From NCBI RefSeq assembly GCF_006345805.1, contig NC_043001.1, positions 95,480,001 through 95,544,000 of the forward strand: a DNA stretch of 64,000 bases. Reading direction: 5' to 3'. Below are positions 1 through 13,488 of this stretch, one piece after another (the first letter of the stretch is position 1; every line of letters begins with the position of its first letter). A model generated the notes under the pieces. The model saw only the letters and a program-made list of their open reading frames with translations, was not told the origin of the DNA and did not search any database. A program made the position numbers and the translations under genes. The stretch comes from Octopus sinensis (lineage: Eukaryota).

Positions 1-186
1 GACTGCCAGCGTCAATTACAGCTCGAATTGAATTCATATTCAGCGCAGTGATACACTTTGATAGGCTAATGAATGCCATGAAAATTCCTTTCACTATACA
101 TCAACAAATAATGAGTTATTAGCTATTAAAGCTTGGAAATTTTGGGTAAATTTAGCCAATTGAAAGCCACAGATACATTCATCCCT

Positions 187-200
187 GTTTCCATAGTAAC
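187..200. promoter_or_regulatory. RFX X-box motif (GTTTCCATAGTAAC) with a nearby CCAAT box (156-160)
   Basis: The 14-mer matches the GTNNYY-AT-RRNAAC X-box palindrome consensus and lies in non-repetitive sequence. No linked TSS or exon could be established. Confidence 0.35.
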
Positions 201-2097
201 AATCGGCACAGGAGAAATCTTTTGTCGGCAATAAAGCTTGTGTTCTCAAATATATCGAAACCGCTTGTTCTACTCTTTTAACCACCTGAAATTCCTTTTT
301 TCACTTATCGATTGACAATTGAACATGTGAATTTATGAGGCGCAGGAGATATGAAAATTGTGATTCATTCGAGAAGTTGATTGAATGCATTTCTAACTTT
401 TGTTTTCAATGAACTTGTTAAAAAAAATTTTGTTTTTTGTTTAAATATTTGATTTGAAATGTGTTATTTTGTTTTTTAGATAAACCTTTTAAGTTCGTGT
501 CCTAAGTCTCTTATTTTGAAAAATATTTAATTTGTAATATGCTGTTTATCGTATAAACTACATATTTAATACTTCAAAGTACAAAAGATCTGTTGTTTAC
601 TAGTTTCTTTTTGTCACCAAAGTGTGCTAAAAATAACAGCTAAATAACGTTTTTCGATTAATCTCTTAAGTTGGTGCTATCGCATTAAATGGATATTGAT
701 TGTTTCAAACGATTCAAAACGTGTTGTCGACTAGTTTTCCGCGTATAGAATATAAATATTGACAACACCTGCTATTTTTAAGATACTCACAAATTGTGCA
801 GTCACGCACAAAATAATAGTTTCCACATCTTGTTTCCGGACAGGGCGAAAATGATCAAACTTTAAACTGCTATAACTATTTTGAAGAAATTTTCTGAAGA
901 AAGTCAAAGAACGCCAGCAATTCAGCCTCGAAAACTGCATTAAGGTGCCAAATTATAAAATTTATAAACGAATTTAAATTTTGAAATGCTGGCAGATCAA
1001 CGGAAAGGATCCCCAAAATGTAGTGGAGAAAACAACATTTTCTACCTTCGAACATATATACAACTAAATTTTAATACTTTGAGATTATCACTAGATACGT
1101 TCATTTAACTGAATCACTCTTGACGAACTGTACAAATAATACGGTCTCATGACATTCACATTCGGACGCAGCGGGGTTTTACAAAAAATTCTAAGCCTCA
1201 ACTCGTGATTGTGTTCGAGCAATACAATCATATCCTAAACGGATATTAATTTCTGCCATGTTCTCTATATCAAACTAGAGAATGTTCGCACTCCAGTGGC
1301 AGCATATTCTATAATACTATATTACAGATCGAGAACATAGAATATGTGGAAGCTCATAGCACTCTATAACATGGAAAAAACACCGAATGAACAAAGTTGG
1401 CCTTTCTGTATTTGCATAAAAATAACACAAGCAGCCAACGTGAGTAACTTAATGAATAACAAACTCGTACACGTTTTGAAATATTGAAATAAAAGAAAGC
1501 ATGCACCTCGAAGCTCATAGCAAAAGCAAACTAATGAATTTAAACCTGATTGTTCTTATAATTTTTTTGTGTCTGTACCGAAACACTGTTTGTATCAGTG
1601 CTTCCAGATCAATTTTCTGACTACTGACAGAACTCAAGGCTACTTGGTAAGTATAAATAAAAGAAAGAATTTTAAATTCAATTGACCTAAATTTCAAATA
1701 TAGCTCAAGAGCTGAAAATATAATTCACCTATATGAGCAGTACAGAACATTGCGATTAGTGTTCTAATTTAAACTGATGAGCATGTGCTATCTCAGAATA
1801 TAGGTTTATAGCAGGCAGAGAATATATGTATATAATTTTGTTACAATTCTATTCTGATCGCGCTAGCCGGCCTAAACAAGTAAGCCATACTTAACGCTTC
1901 GTTAGCGATCAGTTCCTCATTAACAAAGTATGTTTTCATGAAGACAAAGTAAAGGGAATTTGTCTATCCGCCACAAAAAGAAAAAAAATATATAAGTGAG
2001 TCTAAGACTAATGTTTTGTAAGAATGCTAAGCGTTTCTGTTCTGTATTCGTTGAACCTGATATCTCTAGGGCTATGAATCTTATACACACGCATACA

Positions 2098-2263
2098 TAC
2101 ACATAGACATGCATATAAACACACATATATATATGCGTACATATATGTATATATATATATGTATATATATATATACATATATATATATACATATATACAT
2201 ACACGCATACATGTATATATATATATGTATATATATATATTTATTTATTTATATATATATATT

Positions 2264-2362
<99 letters not shown>

Positions 2363-2395
2363 GCATACGCATATATTTATATATGTGTGTGTGTG
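2098..2395. repeat. Compound (TA)n/(CA)n microsatellite
   Basis: Read directly. It produces the YI-rich spurious ORFs in the track. Confidence 0.95.
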
Positions 2396-2449
2396 TACGC
2401 TTACCAATTTGTGTTGGAAGATTCCTTAAGTGAAATTCTGTGTTGAAAC

Positions 2450-3070
2450 TGGTATTGTTGTATTGCGGCATGGCCATTTTTTTTTGCCAAATATACATAG
2501 GCACTATATATTTCTTATTCACTCGTTTAGTACTGTTGTTTTTATTTTCATTTTAACTCATGTCCATTGTCCGGAAATATTTTGTCAAACATCTGTGACC
2601 TCCTCGGTGATACTTTTCATTTTCGTGTGTGCCCTCGCTTCACTCACTCCATTGTGTCCTAAGATGCATCCACGTTTGTGAGTGTGTGTGTGCATGTGTG
2701 TGTATGTATGGGAGTGTGTGTTTGTATGATTGTGCGTGTGTGTGTGTGTGCCATTTTTCTCGGAAGCAGTATGGCCTTCCCCTCTGCCGCAACCTCTCAC
2801 TCCATTGTGCTGCTGCTGTTTTATGACCTGAACATTTGGTACAGTTCCTCTATATCTCTATGTCTGTGTGTTCTGTCACAGTGTTGCCATCGTGGTAGTA
2901 CTTGTTATTGCTATAGACGTCACTGCCGCTGCTGCTGTCGTTGTTATTTGTGTTGCTGATATTGTTGTGGCCGTCCGTGATTTTTTTGTGTGTTAATTTG
3001 TGTGTATATCGGTGCGCAGCGTATGTTGTTAGTATTCATGTCATTGATATGAATTTAATTATTTATTTTA
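2450..3070 (+). repeat. Old interspersed repeat of an unclassified family, copy 1
   Basis: Collinear similarity to the reverse complement of 3945-4550 (e.g. tttggtacagttc, atttgtgttg(c/t)tgatattgttgtggcc, catctgtgacctc) and to 29630-29957. Confidence 0.7.
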
Positions 3071-3223
3071 TCAATCTCCAACTCTTATATTTATTGCAGG
3101 TTTGTGACAAATATATTTACTTATTTTTTAAACTATCAATATATTTATTTTTAACTATTAATATATTCAGAAATATTAAATTTCTAAATATCTCATCGAG
3201 ATATGTACGGTGGTGGAGCGATA

Positions 3224-3446
3224 GAGTGGTTGTATACTGTCAACTTAACGTGACAGTCATATAAGGTAATTACATCACCGCTGCAGGCCTAGCTGTTGGG
3301 GGTGTTTGTCTCCCCTTCGTACATATATAAGGACACAGGAAATGTGTCAAGGCCGATAGGAAGCGTGGATGCTTCCTAGGGCTAAACAGCGGTGGTGTAA
3401 TTCTCTTACAGGACTGTCACGTTAAGTTGACAGTATACAACCACTC
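3224..3446. mobile_element. MITE, about 60-bp terminal inverted repeats, TA-flanked
   Basis: Left arm gagtggttgtatactgtcaacttaacgtgacagtc...accgctg (to 3283) is the reverse complement of the right arm (3387-3446) with few mismatches. TA at 3222-3223 and 3447-3448. Confidence 0.8.
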
Positions 3447-3699
3447 TATTAATATATTTATTTATTCAAAATTTTTTTTTTATCTGTCTCTATTTCTTGT
3501 ATGTGCCACAGGTAAGTGCATACATGTTTACTGTGCGTGTATTATTCCATATGTATTTGTGTGTTATTTACGTCTTCTTTTTCCCCTTTTTTCTTCTTTT
3601 CTCTTCTCGTGCCTTCTGTCTTTCCTGTTCCATTCTTGTTTTCTATTGAGGCCCCGACTTTCTACTGGTAAGTGTGTAACCTCTGTGATCTGTCGCTGT

Positions 3700-3880
3700 G
3701 TCATGTCAGTTCTATGCGTTGACAATACTTTAACCTATATGTTATTAATAGTGATTCTATCTTCTGCCTGAACATGTTGGTAGAGTACTGCAAGCTTCCC
3801 ACTTCTTTGAGTTCTACCCTATGATGCGTGCAATCTCCACAATGCAGGCAGTTGTCATTTTTCTGCCCCGTCCCACAGTG
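3700..3880 (-). mobile_element. Possible Penelope-like GIY-YIG C-terminal remnant
   Basis: The translation HHRVELKEVGSLQYSTNMFRQKIESLLI loosely resembles the H..DW...IL..E.N...R.IKESL.I tail of PLE endonucleases. Confidence 0.25.
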
Positions 3881-3944
3881 CATCGTAAGATATATGCTAC
3901 GTTCCGAAACTTACATTTAACCCGTTGATTCATGCTACATATAT

Positions 3945-4543
3945 AGGATAGATATAAGATATAAATAAATCCATATACAGGACAAGGATACTAACAGCAT
4001 ACGAAGCGAACGCATTCACACACTGAAAAACTTCACGGATGGCCACAACAATATCAACAACACAAATAAAAACGACAGCGGCAGCGGCGGTGACAACAAT
4101 GCCAATAACAACAATTACCACAATGAGCCAACACACAAACAAAGAGAGATAAAAGAACTGTACCAAATTTTCGGGTCTTAGTAGAGCAGCAGCAGCTCAA
4201 TGGGGTGAGAGGATGGGGGATTCGAGGAAGGTAATACTACTGTTAAGAAAACTGACACAAACCCGAGCATACACACACACATGAACACATTCACACAGAA
4301 ACACGCACGCATGCGCATATAAGGATACGCCCCTTAGAATAGAATGGAGCAAGGGAATCAAGAGAACACACGAAAACGAAAAATATCACTGGAGAGGTCA
4401 CAGATGTGTGAAGAAAGATTTCTGGACAATGAACAGGAGTGAAAATAAAAATAAAAGAAAAATAACACAAACAACGAGTGAAGAACAAATACATAATATA
4501 TAATGCGTATGTTTATTTCGCCAAAAAATGACCATCCAGAAAT

Positions 4544-4550
<7 letters not shown>
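3945..4550 (-). repeat. Old interspersed repeat of the same family, copy 2, inverted relative to copy 1
   Basis: Reverse-complement similarity to 2450-3070. ORF-track peptides also align (HCPEIFCQTSVTSSVI vs HCPEIFLHTSVTSPVI). Confidence 0.7.
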
Positions 4551-4622
<72 letters not shown>

Positions 4623-4821
4623 TTGAAATAAATACGTTCTCTAGTAGGAAGCACCAACCGCAGTGAATTATTTACTGCAGCCCTTCGCCTCAGGAATTTA
4701 TTAGCGCGCCAGAACCAAGACATTTGAAATTTTATCACTAGTGTAATCGGTAAAACTATACACGTGTCTGTACTGGCAGGGAAAGCTGGGGTTAGTTTTG
4801 TAGTTTACATTACAATGAAGG

Positions 4822-4897
4822 AATGCACTGAAGAAGCACGGACATTTGAATTACGTAAGTAATTCTTTTGTTAAAGGCCGAAACCGAGGTATGCATT
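4822..4897 (+). ncRNA. Type I hammerhead ribozyme candidate with canonical core
   Basis: Stem I AATGCA(4822-27)/TGCATT(4892-97). Core CTGAAGA(4828-34). Long stem II with inner hairpin GAATTAC-GTAA-GTAATTC; its base pairing is imperfect. GAAA(4880-83). Stem III CC-GA-GG, then TA; cleavage predicted after 4891. Confidence 0.65.
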
Positions 4898-5161
4898 TAA
4901 TTCTGTTATTTATATAAATTTTCATCTGTCCTGCCCGCCAAATTTGGTTCTGGTGTTCGCTGTATTTTTCCTCTAGAGAATTTCCTTGTAGTTTGATCGT
5001 TGATGGTCTATTTCTAGCATACGGCCGACTCCCTAGCAGTAAGCCCTGCCAATATACACATATATTAGAATTTTCTCTGACTTCTCAGATTTTTTGTATG
5101 CTGGACTACTGGTTTTAAATTGATATTAAAATTAATATTAATTCATCTCCATCATTATTTA

Positions 5162-5182
5162 AATATATATATATATATATAT

Positions 5183-5277
<95 letters not shown>

Positions 5278-5290
5278 AAGATAGATATAT
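5162..5290. repeat. (TA)n followed by (GATA)n microsatellite
   Basis: Read directly. Confidence 0.95.
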
Positions 5291-5436
5291 AGATGGAAAG
5301 ATAAATCTTTTAAATTCTAATTGTTTAATTCATTTACTGCAGACATGCTGGTGCAACGCCTGGCTGAATTTTAGCCAAAAGTATCAACATAATTACCTAT
5401 ACATTTTTGAGCCTGCTACACATACATACATATAAT

Positions 5437-5503
<67 letters not shown>

Positions 5504-6356
5504 TGTATATACATGCATGTATGCGTATATACATGTACTCAACCATAAACGCAAACATATACACTCGTGCCTACAGAGAACAACATACACAAAAATACAC
5601 ACCTACATGCGTATACACATATAAGTTTTTGTGTGTAATGTATGTCTCTATGCCTATGTATATATGCATATATAAAGTTTTATGTGATTATTACATGTAT
5701 GTTCGTGACTGTCTTATCATACATATATATTTTTTTCCGTTGCTTTTCTAGTATACATCTGTAGAATCCGTAAATCTTCAAATGACAGATACGTAGATAT
5801 CGAATTAGGAAATCAAATTCCTAAAACACAGAGACCCATTTAAATCTGTCAGAATTCAAATAAAACAAATGATAAATGTGTACATTAAATTTGGGTTTGC
5901 AAATATTGTGTTAAACAAAACGAACGGGATGATCGTTCATGATTTTGCTGCTGGTAGGTTTTATTTTTTTTTCTATTATATAGTCTGTATGGGTGTTATT
6001 ATTGCTTCACCCTATTTTATTGATATTTTATATTTATATTACTCTTTTCAATTTGGTAGATGTTTACTTATGGGATTTTATTTGATATTGTAACTGCATT
6101 CAAAGTTGCTCTCGTTGTTTCAACGTATCATTCACTTCAGTTGTTCGTCTAATTACGAAAATAACAAACAATGGGTAAACATTATTTTAGAACACACATA
6201 TATGCACAAACTCAAGCACACATTCACGCATATATAGGCATGCAAAAATCATAGAAACGCAAAATGTGCAGATAACCGTCCGTATGTGCCCGTATGCACA
6301 GAAACATACACAATCACACATATATGTGTGTATATATATACATATAGTATTCATAA

Positions 6357-6449
<93 letters not shown>

Positions 6450-7288
6450 ATATACATATTAATACATGGATACATACACACACACGGACAAATATATATG
6501 TGTACACTCACACACATTTCGGTATATGTAAATATACAGCATATACAGGCGTGCGTGTGTGTCTCTGTATAAGGAAACCTGCTAATTTGGAAACATCGTT
6601 TAAGAGAACCAATGTATAATAAAGTTATTACATTGTCGCATGAATTTACAAAATTTTTCCTGAGGATCTCTTGAAGACTGATTAACTGTTTCCTTTCCCA
6701 ATTTCGAGCAAGCAATTTTCCAGTAAGTCTTTTCATTTCCAAGATAATGTAAAATTGAACATCATCCCGCAGAGCAACGTATCCTATCTCAGACACTGAT
6801 TATGTCATGGTTTTGTTTGATGCATTGCCTACGGACCAATTTCATGGCAAGCACGTCTGCTGCAAACGAACCATCTTTAGTGTCCTAACTCGGTTTCCAT
6901 CAAGTGTAGACTTCTGTAACTCGCAATACTAAACCTCGCCAATTCCGGTCTAATAATTATTTTAATGTCTAGCTTTCATTCCAATATTTATTTTCAACTC
7001 TTGCATAACTAATTTGCATATGCCGTTTCTGAAAATTTAGCGCACTTGTCAAAATGTGATTGACTTCCACATTTAACAGGCCTGTACTTATGAAATCTAT
7101 ATGGATCTACTGTAGTTTTCACAATATTATGGTTCTGTAAACGAGCAATTTGAATTGTAGATAAAATATCCTATCCCTAACTGCTGTACTAGGACATACA
7201 CTCTTTAGATACGATTTGAATGCCTCGTGCTTTTGTCCCATGACTACATAATGGTATTTGCCAAATCCAGTTGGTTTCTATCACCCAG

Positions 7289-7639
7289 TTAGAGATGACT
7301 AAGCAGTTTTCGGACGCTTTTCATCCAACTCCTATCAGCTAACTTCACACAGTTTAGATGCTCATCATACATAGTGTTCCATTCGTCAACAAAATCTCTA
7401 AACATCTGAAGAATAAGAGCAGGCTCGGTGATTAGTATAAAAGTACCGTCTACACAGTTGCCAGCGTCCAGTACTGTCAACTTACTGTCAGGGTACGAGA
7501 AGATTGATCGTATGCCGAGTCCTAAGTCTTTCAGAATCTTCATCGGCAACATGTGAAAGAGATGGAAAAATTTCAAGTCCACTAAAAACTGGTGCGAAGG
7601 GGCATATGTTGGAAAACCTGGTCTGATAGATGATGGCAC
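7289..7639 (-). other. Unassigned 116-codon open frame (candidate exon or TE relic)
   Basis: Non-repetitive, stop-free and protein-like in composition, with a possible acceptor tttaag|GTG at 7639. No family recognised with confidence. Confidence 0.3.
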
Positions 7640-8299
7640 CTTAAATCATATTCACCAGAGGTAAATCAGCAGGCCAACCTACTTAAACATTGACCTCAAG
7701 TCATAGGCATTCATACCTGAAGGAATTGCGGCTCCCAGTGTCACCAGAATCCACGAAGAATTGCAAAATTGAAGAAGCGCAAAGTTTTTCGCATGAGAAT
7801 CTATGATATTTATGTATAATAAAATGTATAAATGAAAGGCAATATCATGTTGTGTAATTACCTGTTAAAATGTTACCTGAGTCCAAAAAACTTAATCTAT
7901 AACAAAGATTTATGTGGGACATCAGTAAAAAGAAAATGTAAACTGAAATGTAAATGAAAAACGATTTACCAGCGCTAATTTTATTTAAAAGTGGTTCAAT
8001 TGACAATAATAATAATATTCATCGCCTAGAGATTAGTAGCTAAGACATGAAATACCTTTCATAGAAGTGGTGGAGAACTAATAAAAGCATCCGTATAAAA
8101 TTGGGGTAGGTGTAGATTAGCGATGAGAGGAACAACAACTCTATCAAAAAGATTAAACTATTAAATATCAGTGAATTTTAAATCATTGTAACATATAAAA
8201 AAACCAAGACGGCAAAATGCAATTACCATTTATAATGTTATAGTCATTTAAGTTATATTACAAAATGTTAGCTAGATTATTATCTTTTGAATATTACCT

Positions 8300-8545
8300 T
8301 TTACTTGTTTCAGATACTGTATTGTGGCCATGCGGGGGAACCGTCTTGAAGGATGTTTACTCGACTGAATTGATCCCAGTAGTTATTTTATTAATTCTGG
8401 GTACTATTGATTCGTTATCTTTTGTACAGCTAAACCAAAGGTTATAAACACACCTGGTTTAGTTACCCACAAGAAGCCATGTACGCGGGCTAAATCCTGA
8501 ACTATGAGGTTCGGAAGCAAAGCTTCTCACCGCACAGCTCCATCT
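8300..8545 (-). mobile_element. Degenerate tRNA-derived SINE (family B)
   Basis: gccatgcgggggaaccgtcttgaagg...gatcccagtagttattt and ...ggaagcaaagcttctcaccgcacagc align to the copies at 34541 and 56972. Confidence 0.5.
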
Positions 8546-11479
8546 GAACCATTTCTTGAACGCCTTTGATAACATTGATAATTGTTGCCACGGAAAGAAG
8601 TTTAGTAGTAATAACTATATCATGTTGAGAAGAAAAAAATTAAAAGGCCGAAGTTGCTGGAATTCAGAAAAAAAATACTACGGCGGTCTGTACAAAAGAA
8701 CGACTGGATTTTAAGATACACGTTAATTGTAGAAAGAAGTCGTTTTGTTTCTCCAGATTTGGGAACGCTTGATACAGTAAGCACTATGTCTATCTTTTAG
8801 ACACTAAACTGAGTAATTTCTCTAACGTTTAGAGCAACTACTCAACTATCTAGCCACTGCATGGGTCCTCTTTATATGTCGTAAAACTCCATTTATTTTC
8901 GCTTGTCAAAAAACATACATTAAATAAATATTTTTCAACCAAAAGGAAAGCAAATTTGTTGAATGCTGCTTTTCAATTTTTTATATAATTTCTATTAAAA
9001 CAGCAGGAGCCACAATTAATTTTCTCCTTGTTGGTAGATGTGATCGTTAAACATTATGGATGTAAATGACAGCACTGTTTAAGTTCAGTTGCTGGAAATG
9101 GATGCATATAACCATTTTGAATGCAACACTTTTCAGGTGAAAATGTAATGCAATACCTTACGTTAACTCTGTAACCTTTAAAATAGCGATCAATATGTGG
9201 CAGGTATGGAGAATTTAGATATCACGACTTGACGATGAACAATTCATTTTTACATAGACTTTTAGTAGTTTATCCAAACATTTCTGAGCCCTGCAACATA
9301 TTCCCAATGACCAGAGCTAGTATTGAGGGATTAGAGTTTGCCTTGTTATATAATCTTTACTTAGCATGCTGCTGAAGACACGTGCTGAGAACAAATTTAC
9401 TACCAATTCATCAATTTAGAAGCACGGAAATATCAAGATGGAGTACAGTATATGACCAACGTATAAGATGTTGATTGATGAGATGATTATCCACAATAAA
9501 CTAACGACCCCTTTCCAGGGTATCATTATTGGATATAGAATACTTATAACTAATATATATTTTGAAAATATTCGCTTGTAGTCCCTATGACACCCTTGTG
9601 AATAGCTAGGCCTGAATCATGACTTGATGCATAGTAATCTAATCTCCATATAACCGAAATTAATTCTGTAAAATAAGCATTAATAAAGAAATGAAAGCTG
9701 ATGGTATTTCGCCAAACATGTGGCATTCTTTGAAATTTTCACAGTCGCTAAAAAATGAAATATATATTTTATAGTATATGTTAGGTCATGGAGGGAATCG
9801 CAGTGTCTCAATACACATTATAGAACGCATAACACCAACCTCTGGTATACTGGTATTACAATATTTCTATAATAATATTAGGACGCCGTATTTTTCGCCT
9901 CATAAATCATCCATCGTATACAAACATTTTTGTAGGTAAATGTTTCGGAAAAATTATCAAGTATCTCTAGACAATTGAAGTAACGAATGATATAAATTCA
10001 AACATTTCAGATATATTTTCGTATATCAATAGCTAGGTAATTTTAGGAAAGAAAAAAATACGATTCGTTGACCAAGATATAGGGAAGCCATTTCTTGCTC
10101 ATTTGTGTGGGTATTTTAATATATTTACTACAGTTTATAATCATAAATAATATATCTAAATAAATACTATTATTTTGGAAGAAAAATATTTTTGTAAATC
10201 CGAAAGAACTTTGCACAACGAAGAAAACATATAATTAAACATGATTTTTTTTCAAACATATTGTTAATATCTTGCACAATGTTTCAAATACGGTAAAGAA
10301 ACAGAAAATATGAGAAAAATATCCCCTTTAGGCTAATTAATGATTGTATCAGAAGACATTTTTATGAAGATTCTTAGAAACTACTAAATGTTATTTTTTG
10401 AAAAGGTTTTATAAATCGTATTGTTTTGGTTTCAAACAATATTTAGATGCCATTTAAAAGATTTCTTTTTATACAGATTCGGACATTTCTTGAAACATTT
10501 TAAACAACAATATTGTTTACCTTCCAATCAATCTACTGTGATGTAAGTTGTTCCGACAAAATTTGCTATAAGCTGGCTAAAATTATTTTGTTACAATTCA
10601 CAAATACATAAGTAGTCTCAAAACAAGCTTCTTTCGGGGTACTTCATATTTTAATGATTATATCTTCCTTTCAATTTCTATTCATATTTCCACACAAGAT
10701 AAGGGATTTTATCGTGTACGGTTTGCATAAAACACGATAAAAGATCTTTTCTTTTGGATTATAAGGTAGCAGTGCAGTGATGTTACACAAAGCATTCATT
10801 TCTGTTTTATTAAAACGTAGATTCAATAAATAAATTCTAGATGGAATGTTGATCGCCTGAGTGATTTTTAAAACTGATTTACTGAATCATCATTTGCCTA
10901 TGTGTTCAAAGTTTTTCACCAACAGCAACCGCGTAAACAATGAGAATATTAACAACAGCAACAAGGACAGCGACAAAAAGAGTATAAACAAGACCAACAT
11001 TCCTGCAACAGCATATCTGGTGTCGACTGGAGAACAAACCGAACGAGATATGGTGTTCATAGATATAGCAAAATACATTTTAAACAAACTATAGAACTTA
11101 TAACAGCATGATAATATTTGTTACAAGCTATAATTTACAACTTTATCTGCTACCAGCCTCAAAGTTCCAAAAGAAAATTATGTCACGTGCTGTGGAAGCT
11201 TCCAAATTCTCTTAACCACAGCACAAACAATTCTCAATAGTAAGAATAAAGTTACAAAAATGGATACAGGCATTCCGGAGATTGCTTGTTTCCCATGGCA
11301 AAACGCGTGTCATCTTTAGTAAATATGTAGATGCGAGTTCCACAGAGGTCTCAAAAAACTATATATATATATATATATATTCATATATAGAGAATAAGAA
11401 GTGTTTAGTTCACTACTGATCTAAACGAATATGTACACTGCTTAAGTGTTATAATTGGTTATTCCAAGTTCATAGATGA

Positions 11480-11950
11480 GGCTGGAGCTAGGACTCCGTT
11501 GTAAGCTAGGGATTCCATGTCAGCGGGTATATATTAAAGGACAAGGAAACAAAGCTAAGTCAGAACGAGTATTTTAGGCCATTTAGAATATTTCATTAGG
11601 GTAAAGGGTGTCAAAAATGGAGATGTAGAATGAACTATCTTACAACTGTTTCTGGGGTATCCGAGGTGATGGGCCAACATTACCCTACACTGAGTATTTC
11701 ATCATCAGGAGCAAGTTGCGCATGCAGTACAGTTCCAGGTTATATAGAAGAATAAAACTGTAGATATGAGAATAAAGTTCACAGCTCATCTTGTTCAAGA
11801 GGGTATGAAGATTAGTTCGTATTTCCTTGAAGACATAGCATCTTAAGCAATAATCTACGGTAAATCTAGGCAATATTTTGAATGATGCATTCAGATTGAA
11901 GGGAAAGATCAATTGGTTAGCGTGTAAGGAAAATGGTCTGCGTGGGTATA
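11480..11950 (-). mobile_element. Highly degenerate LINE reverse-transcriptase remnant (CR1/Jockey-like)
   Basis: Broken frames give LHTLLNKMSCELYSHIYSFI, ..PRIPQ.. and a Y.AD-like segment in the order expected for RT subdomains. Confidence 0.25.
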
Positions 11951-12517
11951 TAATGTGAGAGAGACATACATCACGATAAAGAGATTGATCAGTGAAAAAA
12001 AGGAGAAAGGGACCAACCTATAATACTGAACGCAAGCGAAGACGTATGAAAAAATTTGAGGCATAAACCTACAGTTAGAAATAAACAATCAAAAGACACA
12101 TGATACGAAAATATACATACAAAATGCAAACCGAGTGAACATACAATATAAAAAAATAGTGAGAGAGAGGAAGAGAAGGAAGGGGGGAGAGGCAGGTATG
12201 GAGAGCAAAAATGAAGAGAGCAGAGACGGAAGGATAAAACTTAGGTAAGTCTCTCATACAAACACAATATATACCATAATCAACTTTATAATTCTTTCAT
12301 AGCTGTTTGCGAGAAATATGAAATCTTTGAGAATATGAAAATCAAGTAATTTAAACAGAAATTAATTTCAGTTTCAATATAACAACGATTCATATTCATG
12401 GTATAGTTATTGCTATGTTTACTATCTGTTGTATACATTCGAACTGGTTTCATTTATGTATGGATTCTGTATACACTTGTGTATGTGTGTTTGTATGTAT
12501 GTATGCATCTTTGTCTA

Positions 12518-12559
<42 letters not shown>

Positions 12560-13397
12560 GAGAGAGATACATACATATATATATATACATATATATATGT
12601 CTGCATATCTATCTATCTCTCTATATGTCTATATGTATAAAGTAAAAGCTAATTACCAACATAATATGTCACTTATGAAGACAAAGGTAGCATTAATCCT
12701 CAAATAAAGAAACTCTATCTGCGAGTGCGGTTTTGAGCATTCATTTTATCGTTCGACATTTACAGACACACACACACAAAACTCTTTGGAAACCAAATAT
12801 TGTCATGTGAATTTCCAACCAAGATTGATGACGTCCGGATAACTGGTATTCAACAAATACGTTGGAAATGTAATTTAAGACATCGGCTGCCTAAAAGAAA
12901 AGAAAAAAAAATTCAAACGGATAGGAAATGTTCGATGTCTAAAACTCGTTCGTCATGTTAACACCATATGACACTTGTGAAAAAAGTATGCGAAATGTAA
13001 AGTAGATTCGAAGGATAAGTGCAGGCTTCAAGAAAGGTTGTGCACTTAAGAATTTTGCATCATTTTCTGAACATGCACAGTTGAAATGAACTGTAGAAAG
13101 ACCAATCATCTGTCCTGATTACTAAATGTGATTACATCATGAGTAGCAAATTTTGTAGGCTAAAAGAAAACCACAGATGGAAACAAAGGCAGGGAAATGT
13201 AAAGGACGCCTCCTGAACGTAGCGTGAATAAATGTTATCCTAAAGAAAACAACCTACGTGAGATAACGTGAGCAGCAGGACAACGTGAGTGTAACGCATA
13301 ATTGCTAAGACCGATAACTCCGTACCCATTCTCTTAGAAAGAAATTAAATAAGCAAAATATGACTAACTCATTGATAACCAAGGTCAAATGAGGACA

Positions 13398-13488
13398 TAT
13401 ACCTACCTACCTACCTACATATATACATACATACATACATACATACATATACATACATACATACATACATACATACATACATACATAC
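13398..13488. repeat. (ACCT)n/(ACAT)n microsatellite, the tail of the adjacent RTE fragment
   Basis: Read directly. Confidence 0.9.

Noticed and set aside
94-285. 63-aa minus-strand ORF as an exon
   Set aside because: The putative acceptor lacks a pyrimidine tract and no family is recognised.
4816-4860. Apparent first coding exon MKECTEEARTFEL with gtaagt donor
   Set aside because: The bases are better explained as stem I, core and stem II of the 4822 hammerhead; gtaagt is part of its inner hairpin.
5370-5392. GGCT/AGCC hairpin followed by AAAAGTATC as another hammerhead
   Set aside because: It lacks both GAAA and a recognisable core.
9300-9900. Possible Cys-loop receptor pseudogene phrases (PNIII, C..TLRFP, YSILIFPC) on the minus strand
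   Set aside because: They are scattered over frames with many stops and wrong spacing; likely chance.
10705-10742. 11-bp hairpin as a pre-miRNA
   Set aside because: The stem is too short for a Drosha/Dicer substrate.
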